Positions 36,211 to 47,229 of a stretch of 64,000 nt of DNA are shown here, piece by piece. The stretch is from Alphaproteobacteria bacterium (lineage in GTDB: Bacteria > Pseudomonadota > Alphaproteobacteria > Micropepsales > Micropepsaceae): positions 276,551-340,550 of the forward strand of contig WGNJ01000018.1 in NCBI GenBank assembly GCA_016124635.1, given 5' to 3'. A model generated the notes under the pieces. It made no database searches. It was not told the origin of the DNA and worked only from the letters and a program-made list of their open reading frames with translations. The position numbers and the translations under genes were made by a program. Every line of letters starts with the position of its first letter. Position 1 is the first letter of the stretch.

Positions 36211-36684
36211 ATGGCTCACGAATCTCAGATAACGGTCAGAGCTGCCCACGTTCGCGAGGCTCATGCCCTGTCGGAGTTGTGCGTTCGGTCGAAGGCGCAT
36301 TGGGGCTATGACGACGCCTTCATGGCGCAGGCGCGCCCGTCGCTGACCGTCAGCACGCATCAAATCGAAGGCGGCGATGTTTGGATCGCCGAAATCGACG
36401 GTAAGGTCGCGGGCATGGTTGCGCTCGCGAAGCTGGACGAGCCGGGGCTCGTCGATCTCGACAAGCTCTTCGTTGAGCCGTCCCGCATCGGAAGTGGAAC
36501 CGGCCGCGCACTCATGGAGATCGCGGTCGCGCAGGCGAAGGCGCGCGGCTACACGCGGATGGCGATCTTGGCCGATCCGAATGCCGCGAAATTCTATGAG
36601 CGGATGGGTGCCGTCTACATTGCGGACAAAGCGTCGGACGCAATCCCCGGGCGGCTACTGCCCTACTTCGAGCTCAGGCTCTAG
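36211..36684 (+). CDS. GNAT-family N-acetyltransferase
   Basis: Acetyl-CoA motif LFVEPSRIGSGTGRALMEIAV. TTG 36202 is an alternative start. The 3' end overlaps the ctaA 3' end by 11 nt. Confidence 0.85.
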   Translation: MAHESQITVRAAHVREAHALSELCVRSKAHWGYDDAFMAQARPSLTVSTHQIEGGDVWIAEIDGKVAGMVALAKLDEPGLVDLDKLFVEPSRIGSGTGRALMEIAVAQAKARGYTRMAILADPNAAKFYERMGAVYIADKASDAIPGRLLPYFELRL

Positions 36685-37732
36685 CTTGGCGCAACGCGAA
36701 GACGTGCAGGAGCGCGGCCGTAAACAACGCGACCGCGCCAAGCTGATGCACGGCGGAAAGCCACACCGGCGCCGCTTCGAGCAACGTCCAAATGCCAAGC
36801 GCGATTTGGAAACCGACCGCCGTCAAAAGCAGGTGCGCCGTAAAGGCTGCTTCTTGGGTTTGCGGCCGGCGCCGTTCGGTGAGCCACAGCGCGACCACGC
36901 CCGCGGCCACAAGATAGGCAATCATGCGGTGGTCGAACTGAGCCGTGGTCACGTCTTCAAACGGCGCGATCAGCGAAGGATAAAGGCCGTTCGGTATCAG
37001 GTGTCCGTCCATGAGCGGCCAAGTGTTGTAAACCAAACCGGCGTGCAGGCCGGCGACAAAACCGCCCAGCAGCATTTGGAAATAGACCAGCGCTGTTAGA
37101 GCGATCGCCCAGCCGAGCAACGGATGGCTTGCGGATTTCGCCGGCCACTCGCCACGCCATAGCGGCAATGCGGTCCACAGCATTGCTGCGTAGATCGCAA
37201 CCGCCAACCCAAGATGCGCCACGAGTCTGTATTGGCTAACTTCGACGCGATCCTGCAGACCGCTCATCACCATGAACCAGCCGAGCGCTCCCTGCAGGCC
37301 GCCAAGAACGAAAAGCCCGATCAAACGCGGATAGACCGATGGCTCAATTCGCCGCTGAAAGGCGAAGGCGAGAAACGGAATCAAGAAGGCGAACCCGATA
37401 AAGCGCCCTAGATTTCGATGCGCCCACTCCCACCAGAAGATTCCTTTGAATTCCTCAAGCGTCATCCCTTTGTTCAGCTGCTGGTATTGAGGGATGGCCT
37501 TGTAAGCGTCGAACTCTTGCTGCCATTCGACGGCACTCAGCGGCGGCAGCGCACCGTGGATCGGCTTCCATTCCGTGATCGACAGGCCCGAGCCGGTCAG
37601 ACGCGTCAAGCCGCCGAGCACCACCATTGCCACGATCAGCGCGGCCACCGCGAACAGCCAGATGGCGATCGCGCGGCGCGATGCGATCTGACGCGGCGTG
37701 GCTGAGGCAGCGAAAATAGTGGCGGCGGTCAT
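36674..37732 (-). CDS. ctaA: heme A synthase (COX15/CtaA family)
   Basis: LGGLTRLTGSGLSITEWKPIHGALPP ... FWWEWAHRNLGR, with conserved His pairs in an 8-TM protein. ATG 37732 (MTAATIF). Confidence 0.9.
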   Translation of the reverse strand: MTAATIFAASATPRQIASRRAIAIWLFAVAALIVAMVVLGGLTRLTGSGLSITEWKPIHGALPPLSAVEWQQEFDAYKAIPQYQQLNKGMTLEEFKGIFWWEWAHRNLGRFIGFAFLIPFLAFAFQRRIEPSVYPRLIGLFVLGGLQGALGWFMVMSGLQDRVEVSQYRLVAHLGLAVAIYAAMLWTALPLWRGEWPAKSASHPLLGWAIALTALVYFQMLLGGFVAGLHAGLVYNTWPLMDGHLIPNGLYPSLIAPFEDVTTAQFDHRMIAYLVAAGVVALWLTERRRPQTQEAAFTAHLLLTAVGFQIALGIWTLLEAAPVWLSAVHQLGAVALFTAALLHVFALRQARA

Positions 37733-37789
37733 GATGGGCGGGGAATAGACCGCTGCCCGCCATCGCACAAGCGGCCATGCGGCCGCGCC

Positions 37790-38128
37790 CTAGCGACGAA
37801 AGCGCAAGGTGGACGGCACCGCGCGTAGGAACGTTCGCTCCTCGCGGAGAATGAACCGCCCTTCCTTGGCGGTGTTGAAATTGGCGAGACCAGCCGGATC
37901 CGATTTCAGCCGTGCGCGATAGGCCTCGTAAGCACCGAGTGAGTCGAATGCGATAAGGCCAAAGGCCTCGTAGTTCGTGCCTTCGTGCGGCATAAAATAG
38001 CCGATCAAATTTCCGCCGCAGGCCGGGATGATCTCGGCCCAGCGTTCCGCATAGGCTTCGAATGCGTCGGTTCGCGACGGGTCGAGCTCGTAGCGAATGA
38101 AGCAAACGACGGTCATCTTAGCCTCCAT
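37790..38128 (-). CDS. NIPSNAP-family protein
   Basis: Ferredoxin-like dimeric alpha-beta barrel pattern [23 protein letters not shown]...[32 protein letters not shown]. Confidence 0.8.
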   Translation of the reverse strand: MEAKMTVVCFIRYELDPSRTDAFEAYAERWAEIIPACGGNLIGYFMPHEGTNYEAFGLIAFDSLGAYEAYRARLKSDPAGLANFNTAKEGRFILREERTFLRAVPSTLRFRR

Positions 38129-38201
38129 AGTTCGACCGGGAACGAAGTATTCAGGATGATATCCGCTTGCCCGTCGGGGATGCTTCGCTCATGATCGAAC
38201 T

Positions 38202-38891
38202 ATGAGAGACGGACCGGACATCGCGGAAATTGCGAGCCTGATCGGCGACCCGGCGCGGGCGCAGATGCTGATGGCATTGGCCGACGCGCGCGCGTGGACA
38301 GCCGGCGAATTGGCGCGCGAAGCGTCGATCACAGCACAGACCGCGAGCGCGCACTTGGCGAAGCTCGAAGCGGCCGGGCTCGTCCGGATCGAGGCGCAAG
38401 GCCGGCATCGTTACGTGTCGCTCGCCTCCGCGTCGGTGAGCGACGCGCTCGAGGCGCTGCTGCGGCTCGCGGCCGACCAGCCGAAACCGAAGAGGAAGCC
38501 AGGGCCGCGCGATCCGGCGCTGCGGCACGCACGCAGTTGCTACAATCATCTTGCCGGCGAGGTCGCCGTGCGCCTCACCGATCATTTCTTGGCGCGCGGC
38601 TGGCTCAAAGGGTCGCGCGAAGGCGGCTGGCACCTCAGTCAGGCGGGAGCGAAAGGCTTTGCCGATGCCTTCGGCATCACGGTCGACGAACTCGGCTCGA
38701 GAAAGCCGTTGGCGCGGCCATGTCTCGACTGGAGCGAGCGGCGGCCGCACTTGGCCGGACCGCTCGGGTCGGCGCTTCTGGAAAGCTTGTTCGAACACGG
38801 TTGGGTGCGGCGCGCGGACGGCCGCACCGTGACGTTGACAAAGCGGGGCGAGGAGCGGATCGCCGCCCTCGTGGGCGGCTCAACTCGCTAG
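38202..38891 (+). CDS. ArsR/SmtB-family winged-helix transcriptional regulator with C-terminal extension
   Basis: LIGDPARAQMLMALADARAWTAGELAREASITAQTASAHLAKLEAAGLV. Confidence 0.85.
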   Translation: MRDGPDIAEIASLIGDPARAQMLMALADARAWTAGELAREASITAQTASAHLAKLEAAGLVRIEAQGRHRYVSLASASVSDALEALLRLAADQPKPKRKPGPRDPALRHARSCYNHLAGEVAVRLTDHFLARGWLKGSREGGWHLSQAGAKGFADAFGITVDELGSRKPLARPCLDWSERRPHLAGPLGSALLESLFEHGWVRRADGRTVTLTKRGEERIAALVGGSTR

Positions 38892-39575
38892 CGAAAAGTC
38901 TACGGCGGCTTGCGCGTGGATCGCCGTGGTATCGAAACACGGCACATCAAAATCGTCCTGCGACAACAGCAGACAGATTTCCGTGCAACCGAAGATGACG
39001 CCGTCGGCGCCGGCCTGGAGTTCGCGAGTGACGATGTCCATGAAGGCCGCCCTAGACTTCGGCCGAACGTCGTCGTGAACGAGCTCTTCGAAGATCACCC
39101 GGTGCACGACGGCGCGATCACGCGCGTTCGGCACGCGTACGTCGATGTCGTGGCGCTGACGGAGGCGGCCGACGTAGAACTCCTGCTCCATCGTATAGGC
39201 CGTGGCGAGAAGCAATGGGCGCCTGCAGCTCTTGCGCTTGATCTCAGAGGCGGTGGCGTCGGCGATGTGAATGAAGGGGATACGGACCGCCGCGCCGACT
39301 GCGTCCGCGACCTTATGCATGGTATTTGCGGTGATCAGAATGACATCGGCGCCTGCGCGCTCAAGGCGACGCGCCGCGTCGGCAAGGCGTTCCCCTGCCC
39401 CGCCCCAATCGCCGGCAACCTGCATGCGCTCGATTTCAGCGAAGTCGACCGACCAAAGCGCGATTTGAGCCGAATGATAGCCGCCCAGCCGTTCGTTTAC
39501 CGCCTCGTTGATCAGGCGATAATAGATCGCCGTCGAAACCCAACTCATGCCTCCGATGAGGCCGATCGTCTTCAT
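38880..39575 (-). CDS. aspartate/glutamate racemase family protein
   Basis: MKTIGLIGGMSWVSTAIYY and the two catalytic-Cys regions (ITANTMH..., IFGCTEI). The 3' end overlaps the ArsR gene by 12 nt. Confidence 0.88.
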   Translation of the reverse strand: MKTIGLIGGMSWVSTAIYYRLINEAVNERLGGYHSAQIALWSVDFAEIERMQVAGDWGGAGERLADAARRLERAGADVILITANTMHKVADAVGAAVRIPFIHIADATASEIKRKSCRRPLLLATAYTMEQEFYVGRLRQRHDIDVRVPNARDRAVVHRVIFEELVHDDVRPKSRAAFMDIVTRELQAGADGVIFGCTEICLLLSQDDFDVPCFDTTAIHAQAAVDFSLAS

Positions 39576-39699
39576 TTGCGCGCATCCGTTACGCAATCAC
39601 CATGACATGGTTTGCCAGCGCAAGCCAATGACACGAGCCAATGACAGGCGGCGGCGACCCAACTAGCATGCGCGCACGCTGACCGGTGAAGGCAACAAC

Positions 39700-41007
39700 A
39701 TGCCGCTCGTCGAAATTGGAATATTCCTCTCGCTCCTCATTCTGAACGGCGTGTTCGCCATGTCCGAACTTGCCGTCGTGTCGTCGCGGCGAAGCAAGCT
39801 CAAATCGCTCGCGGAGAGCGGCCGGAGCGGCGCCAGCAATGCGCTCGCCCTCGCCTCCGAGCCGGGCCGGTTTCTGTCGACGATTCAGATCGGGATCACG
39901 CTGGTCGGGATTTTGGTCGGCGCGGTGTCGGGCGCGCAGTTCGGCGAGCGCCTCGCGCAGTGGCTGGCCTCGCTGGGCATCTCCTACGCCGTGGCTCACG
40001 CGGCCGGATACGGCTTCGTCATCGCGATCATCACCTATCTGTCGCTGGTCATCGGCGAGCTCGTGCCCAAGCAACTGGCGCTGCGCAATCCCGAACGCGT
40101 GGCGATGGCCATCGCTCCGGCGATGCAGGTGCTCTCCCGCCTCGCGGCACCGTTCGTCTGGGGCCTGGATCTCTCCGGTCGCATCGTCTTGCGCCTGTTC
40201 CGCGCGCCCGATGCTCATGAAACCAACATCACAGCGGAAGAGATCAAGGCGCTTATCGGGGAAGCCGAGAGCAGCGGGGCGATCGAACCCGAGGAGCGTC
40301 AGATGATCGCCGGCATTCTGCGCCTCGGCGAGCGGTCGGCACGCACCATCATGACCCATCGCAACGCCGTCGAGATCATCGACGCCACGCAGCCGTTCGA
40401 GACCGTGCGGCCGAAGCTGCTTGCGTCCGTTCACGGTCGCTTTCCGGCGCACGTCGGAAATCCGGATGAGATCACCCGCGTGCTGCAGACCAAAGACGTG
40501 CTCAAAGCCATGCTCGCCGGAAAGCCGATCGATCTCATGACGCTCGTGCGCGAGGCGCCCGTCGTCCCCGACACGACGGACCTGCTCAATGTCGTGAAAC
40601 TATTGCGCGGGTCCTCGATCCATCTCGGGCTCGTGCACGACGAGTACGGCCAATTCGAGGGCATCGTGACCAATGCCGACATCCTCGAGTCGATCACCGG
40701 CGCCTTTCATACGGACGAAGGGCCGCCGGAGCCCAGGGCGGTCGAGCGCGCAGACGGATCCTGGCTGATCTCGGGCGACATGCCCGTCGACGAACTCAAC
40801 GACACGCTGGGGTTCAAGGCAAAGTTCGACGGACGCGCCCATACCGTGGCCGGTTTCGTCATCGCGGCGTTCAAGCGGCTGCCCACGATCGGCGAATGCG
40901 TCGTCATACAGGGCTGGCGCTTCGAGGTCGTCGACATCGACGGGCGCCGCGTCGATAAGCTGCTCGTCTCGCGTCCGCTCGAGCCGCGGCGGCGAACGGC
41001 GGTCTAG
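39700..41007 (+). CDS. hemolysin-family (CNNM/TlyC) protein: DUF21-CBS pair-CorC_HlyC
   Basis: N-terminal 4-TM DUF21 (LNGVFAMSELAVVSSR), then a CBS pair, then the C-terminal transporter-associated domain. Confidence 0.92.
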   Translation: MPLVEIGIFLSLLILNGVFAMSELAVVSSRRSKLKSLAESGRSGASNALALASEPGRFLSTIQIGITLVGILVGAVSGAQFGERLAQWLASLGISYAVAHAAGYGFVIAIITYLSLVIGELVPKQLALRNPERVAMAIAPAMQVLSRLAAPFVWGLDLSGRIVLRLFRAPDAHETNITAEEIKALIGEAESSGAIEPEERQMIAGILRLGERSARTIMTHRNAVEIIDATQPFETVRPKLLASVHGRFPAHVGNPDEITRVLQTKDVLKAMLAGKPIDLMTLVREAPVVPDTTDLLNVVKLLRGSSIHLGLVHDEYGQFEGIVTNADILESITGAFHTDEGPPEPRAVERADGSWLISGDMPVDELNDTLGFKAKFDGRAHTVAGFVIAAFKRLPTIGECVVIQGWRFEVVDIDGRRVDKLLVSRPLEPRRRTAV

Positions 41008-41040
41008 CGGCAGCCGGCGCTCCTTGCTAAACAGCGCCCC

Positions 41041-41259
41041 ATGTCCATGCGCTGGAAGAAATTCATAGGCGTCTTCGCGCTGCTGGCGATCATCACTGTG
41101 TATGTGCTGCTCGTCATGCGCGCGGCTGTCGCGATCTTGCCGACGGCCGGACCGGTGGCCGAGTTTCTCTTCTACGCGGTGGCCGGCATGGCCTGGGTCG
41201 TGCCCGTGCGATACCTCATCCTTTGGATGAATCGGCCCGGACGCGGCGAGCAAGTTTGA
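41041..41259 (+). CDS. DUF2842-family small membrane protein
   Basis: 72 aa, two TM helices, conserved ending WVVPVRYLILWM. The family is common in Alphaproteobacteria. Confidence 0.75.
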   Translation: MSMRWKKFIGVFALLAIITVYVLLVMRAAVAILPTAGPVAEFLFYAVAGMAWVVPVRYLILWMNRPGRGEQV

Positions 41260-41316
41260 CAGCTGACTTCGGCAATGGCCGATGCGGCGCGCCTCGACGA
41301 CGCAGGCCTTCAGACG

Positions 41317-41754
41317 TCACGGGATGACGATGACCGGGACCGGCGAGAGCCCGCTCAATTTCTGCGACACGCTTCCCTGCAACAGGCGCTCAAGCGTTCC
41401 GGCCCCCCTGCGTCCCGCAACGATGAGGTCGACTTTGCGCTCTTTGACAATTTCGAAGAGCGCCTTCGTCACCTCGCCTGTCCGCGACTCGAGTTGAACC
41501 GACCCCGCGCCAAGGGCCACTGCGCGATCGCGCGCGTTGGCCAATATCTCCGCCGAGGCGGAGGCGAGAAGCTCATCGAACCAGACGTTTTGAGCATGCG
41601 TGAATTGCCTCACAACTCCGCCTGGCAGGCCATAGCCGCCTATCACGTTGGCAATGATCAGTTCGGCCTTGGTGTCTTTCGCCAAGCTCGCGGCATAGTC
41701 GACCGCCCGACCCGCGCCTTCCGATCCGTCGGTTGCCACCAATATCCGTTTCAT
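41317..41754 (-). CDS. universal stress protein (UspA family)
   Basis: MKRILVATDGSEGAGRAVDYA ... LIVAGRRGAGTLERLLQGSVSQKL. Confidence 0.88.
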   Translation of the reverse strand: MKRILVATDGSEGAGRAVDYAASLAKDTKAELIIANVIGGYGLPGGVVRQFTHAQNVWFDELLASASAEILANARDRAVALGAGSVQLESRTGEVTKALFEIVKERKVDLIVAGRRGAGTLERLLQGSVSQKLSGLSPVPVIVIP

Positions 41755-41793
41755 CGTTTCGCCCTCGCGCCGGGTATATTCAGCTTCGATCTC

Positions 41794-44298
41794 TTATGAC
41801 TGAGGAACATGTGTCGTGAGCGAGCGCTCGACGCGCTCGAGATGCCTCGCCTGACCGCGTATGTGATGCGTAAACACGTGATAGGCCATGATCTTGAAAA
41901 CGCTGTTGACCAAAAACCACGCAAGCGCGTAGGCCCAGACAAATCCGGCGTTCGCCCATCCGATTGGCGTGATGAACCAACCATAGACCGCGGCCAGCGT
42001 GCCGACGATCTGCGTCGCCTCCGTGGTGACGAAGAGGCGCCAGCTCGGCCACGGTTTCTGCCAAATCGGGCCCTTGTTGCGCGTGAGGTAGATGGTGAGG
42101 TGACCGGCAACCAAGAGCTTGAGGAAGATCAGCGATTGGATCTCGCCGGACGGCATATGCCAGTAGTCGCGGGCGAGCCAGAACAGCCCGAATGAAGCGA
42201 CGACGCCGAGGAAGCCGAGAAGCAGCGACAACAAAAGCGTGACGTGCATGTCCCAGCGCACGGGGCTTTGCGCGATGGGGGCATTGTCATAAGCGATCAT
42301 CATGATCGGCACGTCATTGAGAAGCGCCAGAAGCACGATCATCACCGCCGTCACGGGATAGAAGTTGAAGACGATGATCGAAAGCGTCATGAACAAGAGC
42401 ACGCGGACCGTTTCGCTGATGCGATAGATCGAATAGCTCGTCATGCGCTCGAAGATGCGCCTGGCCTCCTCGATGCCCGTCGTGATGACCGAAAGGCCGG
42501 ATTCGGTCAGTACGATATCGGCGGCGGCGCGCGCTGCGTCGGTCGCGCCGCTCACCGCAATGCCGACATCGGCCTGCTTGAGCGCTGGCGCGTCGTTGAC
42601 GCCGTCGCCCGTCATGCCAACGATATGGTTGCGCGACTGCAGCGCCTTCACGATTGCAAATTTGTGGTCGGGGAAGACCTGTGAGTAGCCGTCAGCGGCA
42701 TCGATCGCAGACGGATTGATCGCGCCGTCATCCGCCTTGAAGGCGCGGTCAGCGGGCAGAATATTTTGGCCCAGCTTGAGCGTTGCCGCGATCTGACGCG
42801 CAATCGCCTGATTGTCGCCCGTCACCATCTTGACGTCGACGCCCATTTCCCGCGTGCGCTCGATCGTGGCGGCGGCGTCCTCGCGCGGCGGATCGAACAG
42901 CGGCAGCAGGCCGAGGAAGCGCCAGCGCTTGCCGTCGTCGGAACGCGCAACGCCCAGCGAACGAAACCCCTTGGCCGCGAAGGCATCGACCGCCTTGTGT
43001 ATCTGCGCGCTCAACGCAGGGTCGGGCTTGGCGAGATCGAGAATGACTTGTGGCGCGCCCTTCGAGACACTGAACGTTTCGGCGCCGTGGGCGACGCTGG
43101 CTTCGCTCCGCTTGATGACCGGATCGAACGGCTTGAACGCTTTTATCGAATATCCGTCGAGCGCGTTCGGCGACTTGAGACCGGCGACGACCGCCTGATC
43201 GATGACATCGCCGCCCTCCGCTCTGGAAGCCAATGCCGCCGCGAGGAGCAAGGCGTCGGCGTCGGGCGCCTCGAAGCATTGGACGTCACCCAACGTGAGC
43301 TTGTTTTGGGTCAGCGTGCCAGTCTTGTCGGAGCACAGCGTGTCCATGCCGGCCAGCTCTTCGATCGAAACAAGACGAGAGACGATGACCTTGAGCTTCG
43401 CGAGCTTCTGCGCGCCGACCGCCATCGTGACGGATAGGACCGTCGGCAGGGCGACAGGGATTGCTGCAACGGTGAGAATGAGCGCGAAGAGAATCGTCTC
43501 GACCAAAGGGTCGCCACGAAACAACGCGACGACCAGGATCACAGCAACGAGTCCAATGGTCGCGAGAATGAGAAAATTGCCGATGCGCAGAACCGCACGC
43601 TGAAAATGCGAGACGGCGCCGGCACTGTCGACCAGGCGCGCGGTCTTACCGAAATACGTGCTCATGCCGGTCGCCGTGACGACACCCGTCATCTCGCCGA
43701 GCTTCACCGCCGAGCCGGAATAGGCGACGTCGCCAACCTTCTTGTCGACCGGCAGCGACTCGCCAGTTAGTGCGGATTGATCGACGCTCAGATAGTCGCC
43801 GTGCGCGAGTTCGAGGTCCGCGGGAACGATGCTGCCGAGGCGAACCGACACGACGTCGCCCGGGACCAGATCGCGCGCCGGTATGTCTTGCCATTTGCCG
43901 TCGCGCAGGGCGCGCGCCATGAGAGCGAGGCGCTGCTTCAGCGCGGCGATTGCGCTGTCCGCTTTGAACTCCTGCCAAAAGCCGACGGCGGCGTTCAGGA
44001 GCAGCATCACAAGGATGATGCCGAAATCCGCCCAGTGCTGGACGACGCCCGACAAGACCGCGGCAATTTCGATCATCCAGGGGATGGGTCCCCAAAAGTA
44101 GGAGAGCAGCTTGGCGAGCGCGCTGACGTGCTTTTCTCGAATGACGTTCGCGCCGTATTGCTCAAGGCGCCGTGCGGCCTCAGTGCTCGCGAGCCCTTGG
44201 CTCAGGTCGGTCGCGGGCCGGCGCTCGGACGAAGCAGGCGGGGGAGCTGCCTGTGCACCCGCGTGCTGCGTTTTGATGCGCTCAGCGCCCTGAACCAT
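41794..44298 (-). CDS. P-type ATPase, plasma-membrane proton-pump-like (P3A subfamily)
   Basis: CSDKTGTLTQNKL, MVTGDNQAIA, GMTGDGVNDAPALKQADVGIAV. The overall layout and the EAARRLEQYGANVI N-terminus resemble fungal/plant-type H+-ATPases. Confidence 0.92.
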   Translation of the reverse strand: MVQGAERIKTQHAGAQAAPPPASSERRPATDLSQGLASTEAARRLEQYGANVIREKHVSALAKLLSYFWGPIPWMIEIAAVLSGVVQHWADFGIILVMLLLNAAVGFWQEFKADSAIAALKQRLALMARALRDGKWQDIPARDLVPGDVVSVRLGSIVPADLELAHGDYLSVDQSALTGESLPVDKKVGDVAYSGSAVKLGEMTGVVTATGMSTYFGKTARLVDSAGAVSHFQRAVLRIGNFLILATIGLVAVILVVALFRGDPLVETILFALILTVAAIPVALPTVLSVTMAVGAQKLAKLKVIVSRLVSIEELAGMDTLCSDKTGTLTQNKLTLGDVQCFEAPDADALLLAAALASRAEGGDVIDQAVVAGLKSPNALDGYSIKAFKPFDPVIKRSEASVAHGAETFSVSKGAPQVILDLAKPDPALSAQIHKAVDAFAAKGFRSLGVARSDDGKRWRFLGLLPLFDPPREDAAATIERTREMGVDVKMVTGDNQAIARQIAATLKLGQNILPADRAFKADDGAINPSAIDAADGYSQVFPDHKFAIVKALQSRNHIVGMTGDGVNDAPALKQADVGIAVSGATDAARAAADIVLTESGLSVITTGIEEARRIFERMTSYSIYRISETVRVLLFMTLSIIVFNFYPVTAVMIVLLALLNDVPIMMIAYDNAPIAQSPVRWDMHVTLLLSLLLGFLGVVASFGLFWLARDYWHMPSGEIQSLIFLKLLVAGHLTIYLTRNKGPIWQKPWPSWRLFVTTEATQIVGTLAAVYGWFITPIGWANAGFVWAYALAWFLVNSVFKIMAYHVFTHHIRGQARHLERVERSLTTHVPQS

Positions 44299-44755
44299 AA
44301 TCGACCTCTTTCCGAAACTTCTGAAACCTCCGAAGCAACTCCAATCAAGCCGTCAGCAAGTTAGAGTGGCATGAAGCATTGCCGTTGTGAGGCGCGAGAG
44401 CGCGCCGGATGCGCCAGATGCCGCATCTGATCGTGAGCAAGACGATATTTGCACGTCGCTTTATCGTGAGCCTATGCGACAGGATCACCACCGACGAGCG
44501 CGCCCTTCAAGTTCCGGCCGACCGCGAGAATGTTTTCGTAAATCCGACTCGACGAGCAAATCATCGTGCGGTGTGGAAATCCTGCCGACCCACGGCTCGG
44601 TATTCGCGGATATCGACTTTCATGCGCTGTTCTTGCTTTCGGCGCGGTTCCTGGCCTATTGGGACACTCAAACCCGGCACGTCTGCCGCCGCATTCATCG
44701 CCGATTTCAGCTATAACCAACGCGTCGCTTCATTTTGGAAAGTAAAGGTCGATAG

Positions 44756-46273
44756 ATGTCCGATCCAGGCTCGTTCGTTCTCGGTAAGGGTTCCGTTGAA
44801 CAGGATTTGATCCTGTCCGTAACCAATCGTCACGGCCTGATCGCTGGTGCGACGGGCACCGGCAAAACATCGACGCTGCGCGTGATGGCCGAAGGATTGA
44901 GCCGCGCAGGCGTGCCCGTCTTCGTCGCCGACATCAAGAGCGACCTCGCAGGCATCTGCCAGCCTGGCGAGGAAAAACCGTTCATCACCCAGCGTGCACA
45001 GAAGTTAGGGCTGCATTGGTCACCTGCCGGCTCGCCGACGGTGTTCTGGGACTTGTTCGGTGAGTTGGGTCATCCGCTACGCGCAACCGTGTCGGAGATG
45101 GGGCCCGTGCTGCTCGCGCGCATGTTCGACCTCAACGACACGCAGGAAGGCGTTCTCAACATCGTGTTCCGCGTCGCGGACGAGCAAGGCCTGCTGCTCC
45201 TCGATCTCAAAGACCTGCGCGCCATGGTGGCGCATGTCGGCGAGAACGCCGAGAAGTACACCATGCAGTTCGGCAATATCGCGCCTTCGACGATCGGCGC
45301 CATACAGCGCGCGCTGCTGACGATCGAAAACCAAGGCGCGGATCACTTCTTCGGCGAGCCGGCACTGAAGCTCGACGATCTGATGAAGGTCGACGCGCAA
45401 GGGCGCGGCTACATCAGCGTGCTGGCGGCCGAGAAGCTCTTCGGCAGCCCAAAGCTCTACGCCACGTTCTTGTTGTGGCTGCTCTCCGAACTCTATGAGC
45501 AGATGCCGGAGGTCGGCGATCTCGACAAGCCGCGCTTCGTGTTCTTCTTCGACGAAGCGCATTTGCTGTTCGACGACGCGCCGAAGGCGTTGCTCGACAA
45601 GGTGCAACAGGTCGTGCGGCTGATCCGGTCGAAAGGGGTCGGCGTCTATTTCATCACGCAATCGCCGCTCGACATACCGGACGACGTGCTCGGTCAGCTC
45701 GGTAACAAGGTGCAGCACGCGCTGCGTGCCTTCACGCCGAAAGATCGGAAATCCGTCAAAGCCGTCGCCGATAATTTCCGGGAGAATCCGAAGTTCGATG
45801 CCGCCGACGCCGTGCAAGAGCTCGAGGTCGGCGAGGCGCTCGTGTCGCTGCTCGATGCCAAAGGCATCCCGGGCGTCGTCGACCGCACGCTAATCGCACC
45901 GCCGCAGTGCCGGATGGGTCCGATCACGCCGGCGGAGCGGGCGCAAACGATGCAGCTGAGCCCGGTCAAGGGCGTCTATGACCAGGCGATCGACCGCGAG
46001 TCGGCCTACGAGAAACTCGTGGTGCGAGTTCAGGAGGCGCCGCAACCGATGCCGACATCCGCGCCGCAGGGCGGTCCCAGGCCGCGCCAGCCGGAGCCGA
46101 TGCCCTACCCCGCTCCTCAGCCGGCGCCGCGCCCGCGGAGTTCCGGATATCAACGTCAAACGATGAGCGAAGCCATCGCCAAAAGTGCCGCCCGTTCCGT
46201 AACTTCGGCCATCGGCAGCAGCATTGGCCGCGCGCTGGTTCGCGGTATGCTAGGGTCGTTGCTGAAGAGATAG
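44756..46273 (+). CDS. DUF853/YjgR-family HerA-like P-loop ATPase
   Basis: Walker [14 protein letters not shown] and Walker [15 protein letters not shown] Pro-rich linker precedes the C-terminal basic tail. Confidence 0.88.
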   Translation: MSDPGSFVLGKGSVEQDLILSVTNRHGLIAGATGTGKTSTLRVMAEGLSRAGVPVFVADIKSDLAGICQPGEEKPFITQRAQKLGLHWSPAGSPTVFWDLFGELGHPLRATVSEMGPVLLARMFDLNDTQEGVLNIVFRVADEQGLLLLDLKDLRAMVAHVGENAEKYTMQFGNIAPSTIGAIQRALLTIENQGADHFFGEPALKLDDLMKVDAQGRGYISVLAAEKLFGSPKLYATFLLWLLSELYEQMPEVGDLDKPRFVFFFDEAHLLFDDAPKALLDKVQQVVRLIRSKGVGVYFITQSPLDIPDDVLGQLGNKVQHALRAFTPKDRKSVKAVADNFRENPKFDAADAVQELEVGEALVSLLDAKGIPGVVDRTLIAPPQCRMGPITPAERAQTMQLSPVKGVYDQAIDRESAYEKLVVRVQEAPQPMPTSAPQGGPRPRQPEPMPYPAPQPAPRPRSSGYQRQTMSEAIAKSAARSVTSAIGSSIGRALVRGMLGSLLKR

Positions 46274-46275
46274 AC

Positions 46276-47229
46276 ATGAGCATCGCGACCAAGACGCGGA
46301 CGATCTTCATCGACGGTGAAGCCGGGACCACCGGCCTTCAGATCCGCGACCGTATCCGCGCACTGCAAGGTGTGACGGTGAAGAGCATCGCGCCGGAGCA
46401 GCGCAAGGACCCGGCGGCGCGGCGCGCGCTGATGGCCGAGAGCGACGTCGTGGTGCTGTGCCTGCCCGACGACGCGGCCAAAGAAGCCGTGGCCATGATC
46501 GACGCGATGGGCGGGTCCGGCCCGCGCATCATCGATGCAAGTACGGCGCATCGCGTGGCGCAAGGCTGGACCTATGGCTTTGCCGAATTGCAGCCGGGCC
46601 AAGCGGATGCGATCGCGAAGGCGCGGCGCGTCTCAAATCCAGGCTGCTATCCGACCGGTGCGATTGCACTGATCCGTCCGCTGGTGGACGCGGGGCTGAT
46701 CGCCGCCGATCATCCGATCACGATCAACGCCGTCTCCGGCTATAGCGGCGGCGGCAAGTCGATGATCGAGAGCTTCGAATCAGGCGCGGCGCCGAACTTC
46801 GAGCTCTACGGCCTCGGCTTCGAGCACAAGCATCTGCCGGAGACGCATCTCTATGCCGGCTTGAAGCGCAGGCCGATCTTCGTGCCGTCGGTCGGGAATT
46901 ACAGGCAAGGGATGCTGGTGTCGGTACCGCTCTATCTCGACGACCTTCCTAGAAAGCCCAAGGGGCGCGATCTTCACGACGCGCTCGAGGCACGCTATCG
47001 CGGCATGAAATACGTCAAGGTGGTCGAGGGCGGCGACAATGCAGCTCGGGCCGAGCGGCTCGAGCCCGAGGCACTGAACGGTACGAACGCGATGGAGCTG
47101 CGCGTCTTCGCCAGCGAGAAGCACCGTCAGGCGGTGCTGGTGGCGCGTCTCGACAATTTGGGCAAAGGCGCATCGGGGGCGGCGGTGCAGAACCTGGCGC
47201 TGATGCTCGGCCTCGAGAGCGGCGTGTGA
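46276..47229 (+). CDS. argC: N-acetyl-gamma-glutamyl-phosphate reductase (short form)
   Basis: [13 protein letters not shown] and the active-site SNPGCYPTG. The ~317 aa short type is common in Alphaproteobacteria. Confidence 0.93.
   Translation: MSIATKTRTIFIDGEAGTTGLQIRDRIRALQGVTVKSIAPEQRKDPAARRALMAESDVVVLCLPDDAAKEAVAMIDAMGGSGPRIIDASTAHRVAQGWTYGFAELQPGQADAIAKARRVSNPGCYPTGAIALIRPLVDAGLIAADHPITINAVSGYSGGGKSMIESFESGAAPNFELYGLGFEHKHLPETHLYAGLKRRPIFVPSVGNYRQGMLVSVPLYLDDLPRKPKGRDLHDALEARYRGMKYVKVVEGGDNAARAERLEPEALNGTNAMELRVFASEKHRQAVLVARLDNLGKGASGAAVQNLALMLGLESGV

Noticed and set aside
44371-44430. 19-codon Cys-rich micro-ORF MKHCRCEARERAGCARCRI in the region upstream of the P-type ATPase.
   Set aside because: It is on the strand opposite to the ATPase, has only a weak SD, and is too short to distinguish from chance.
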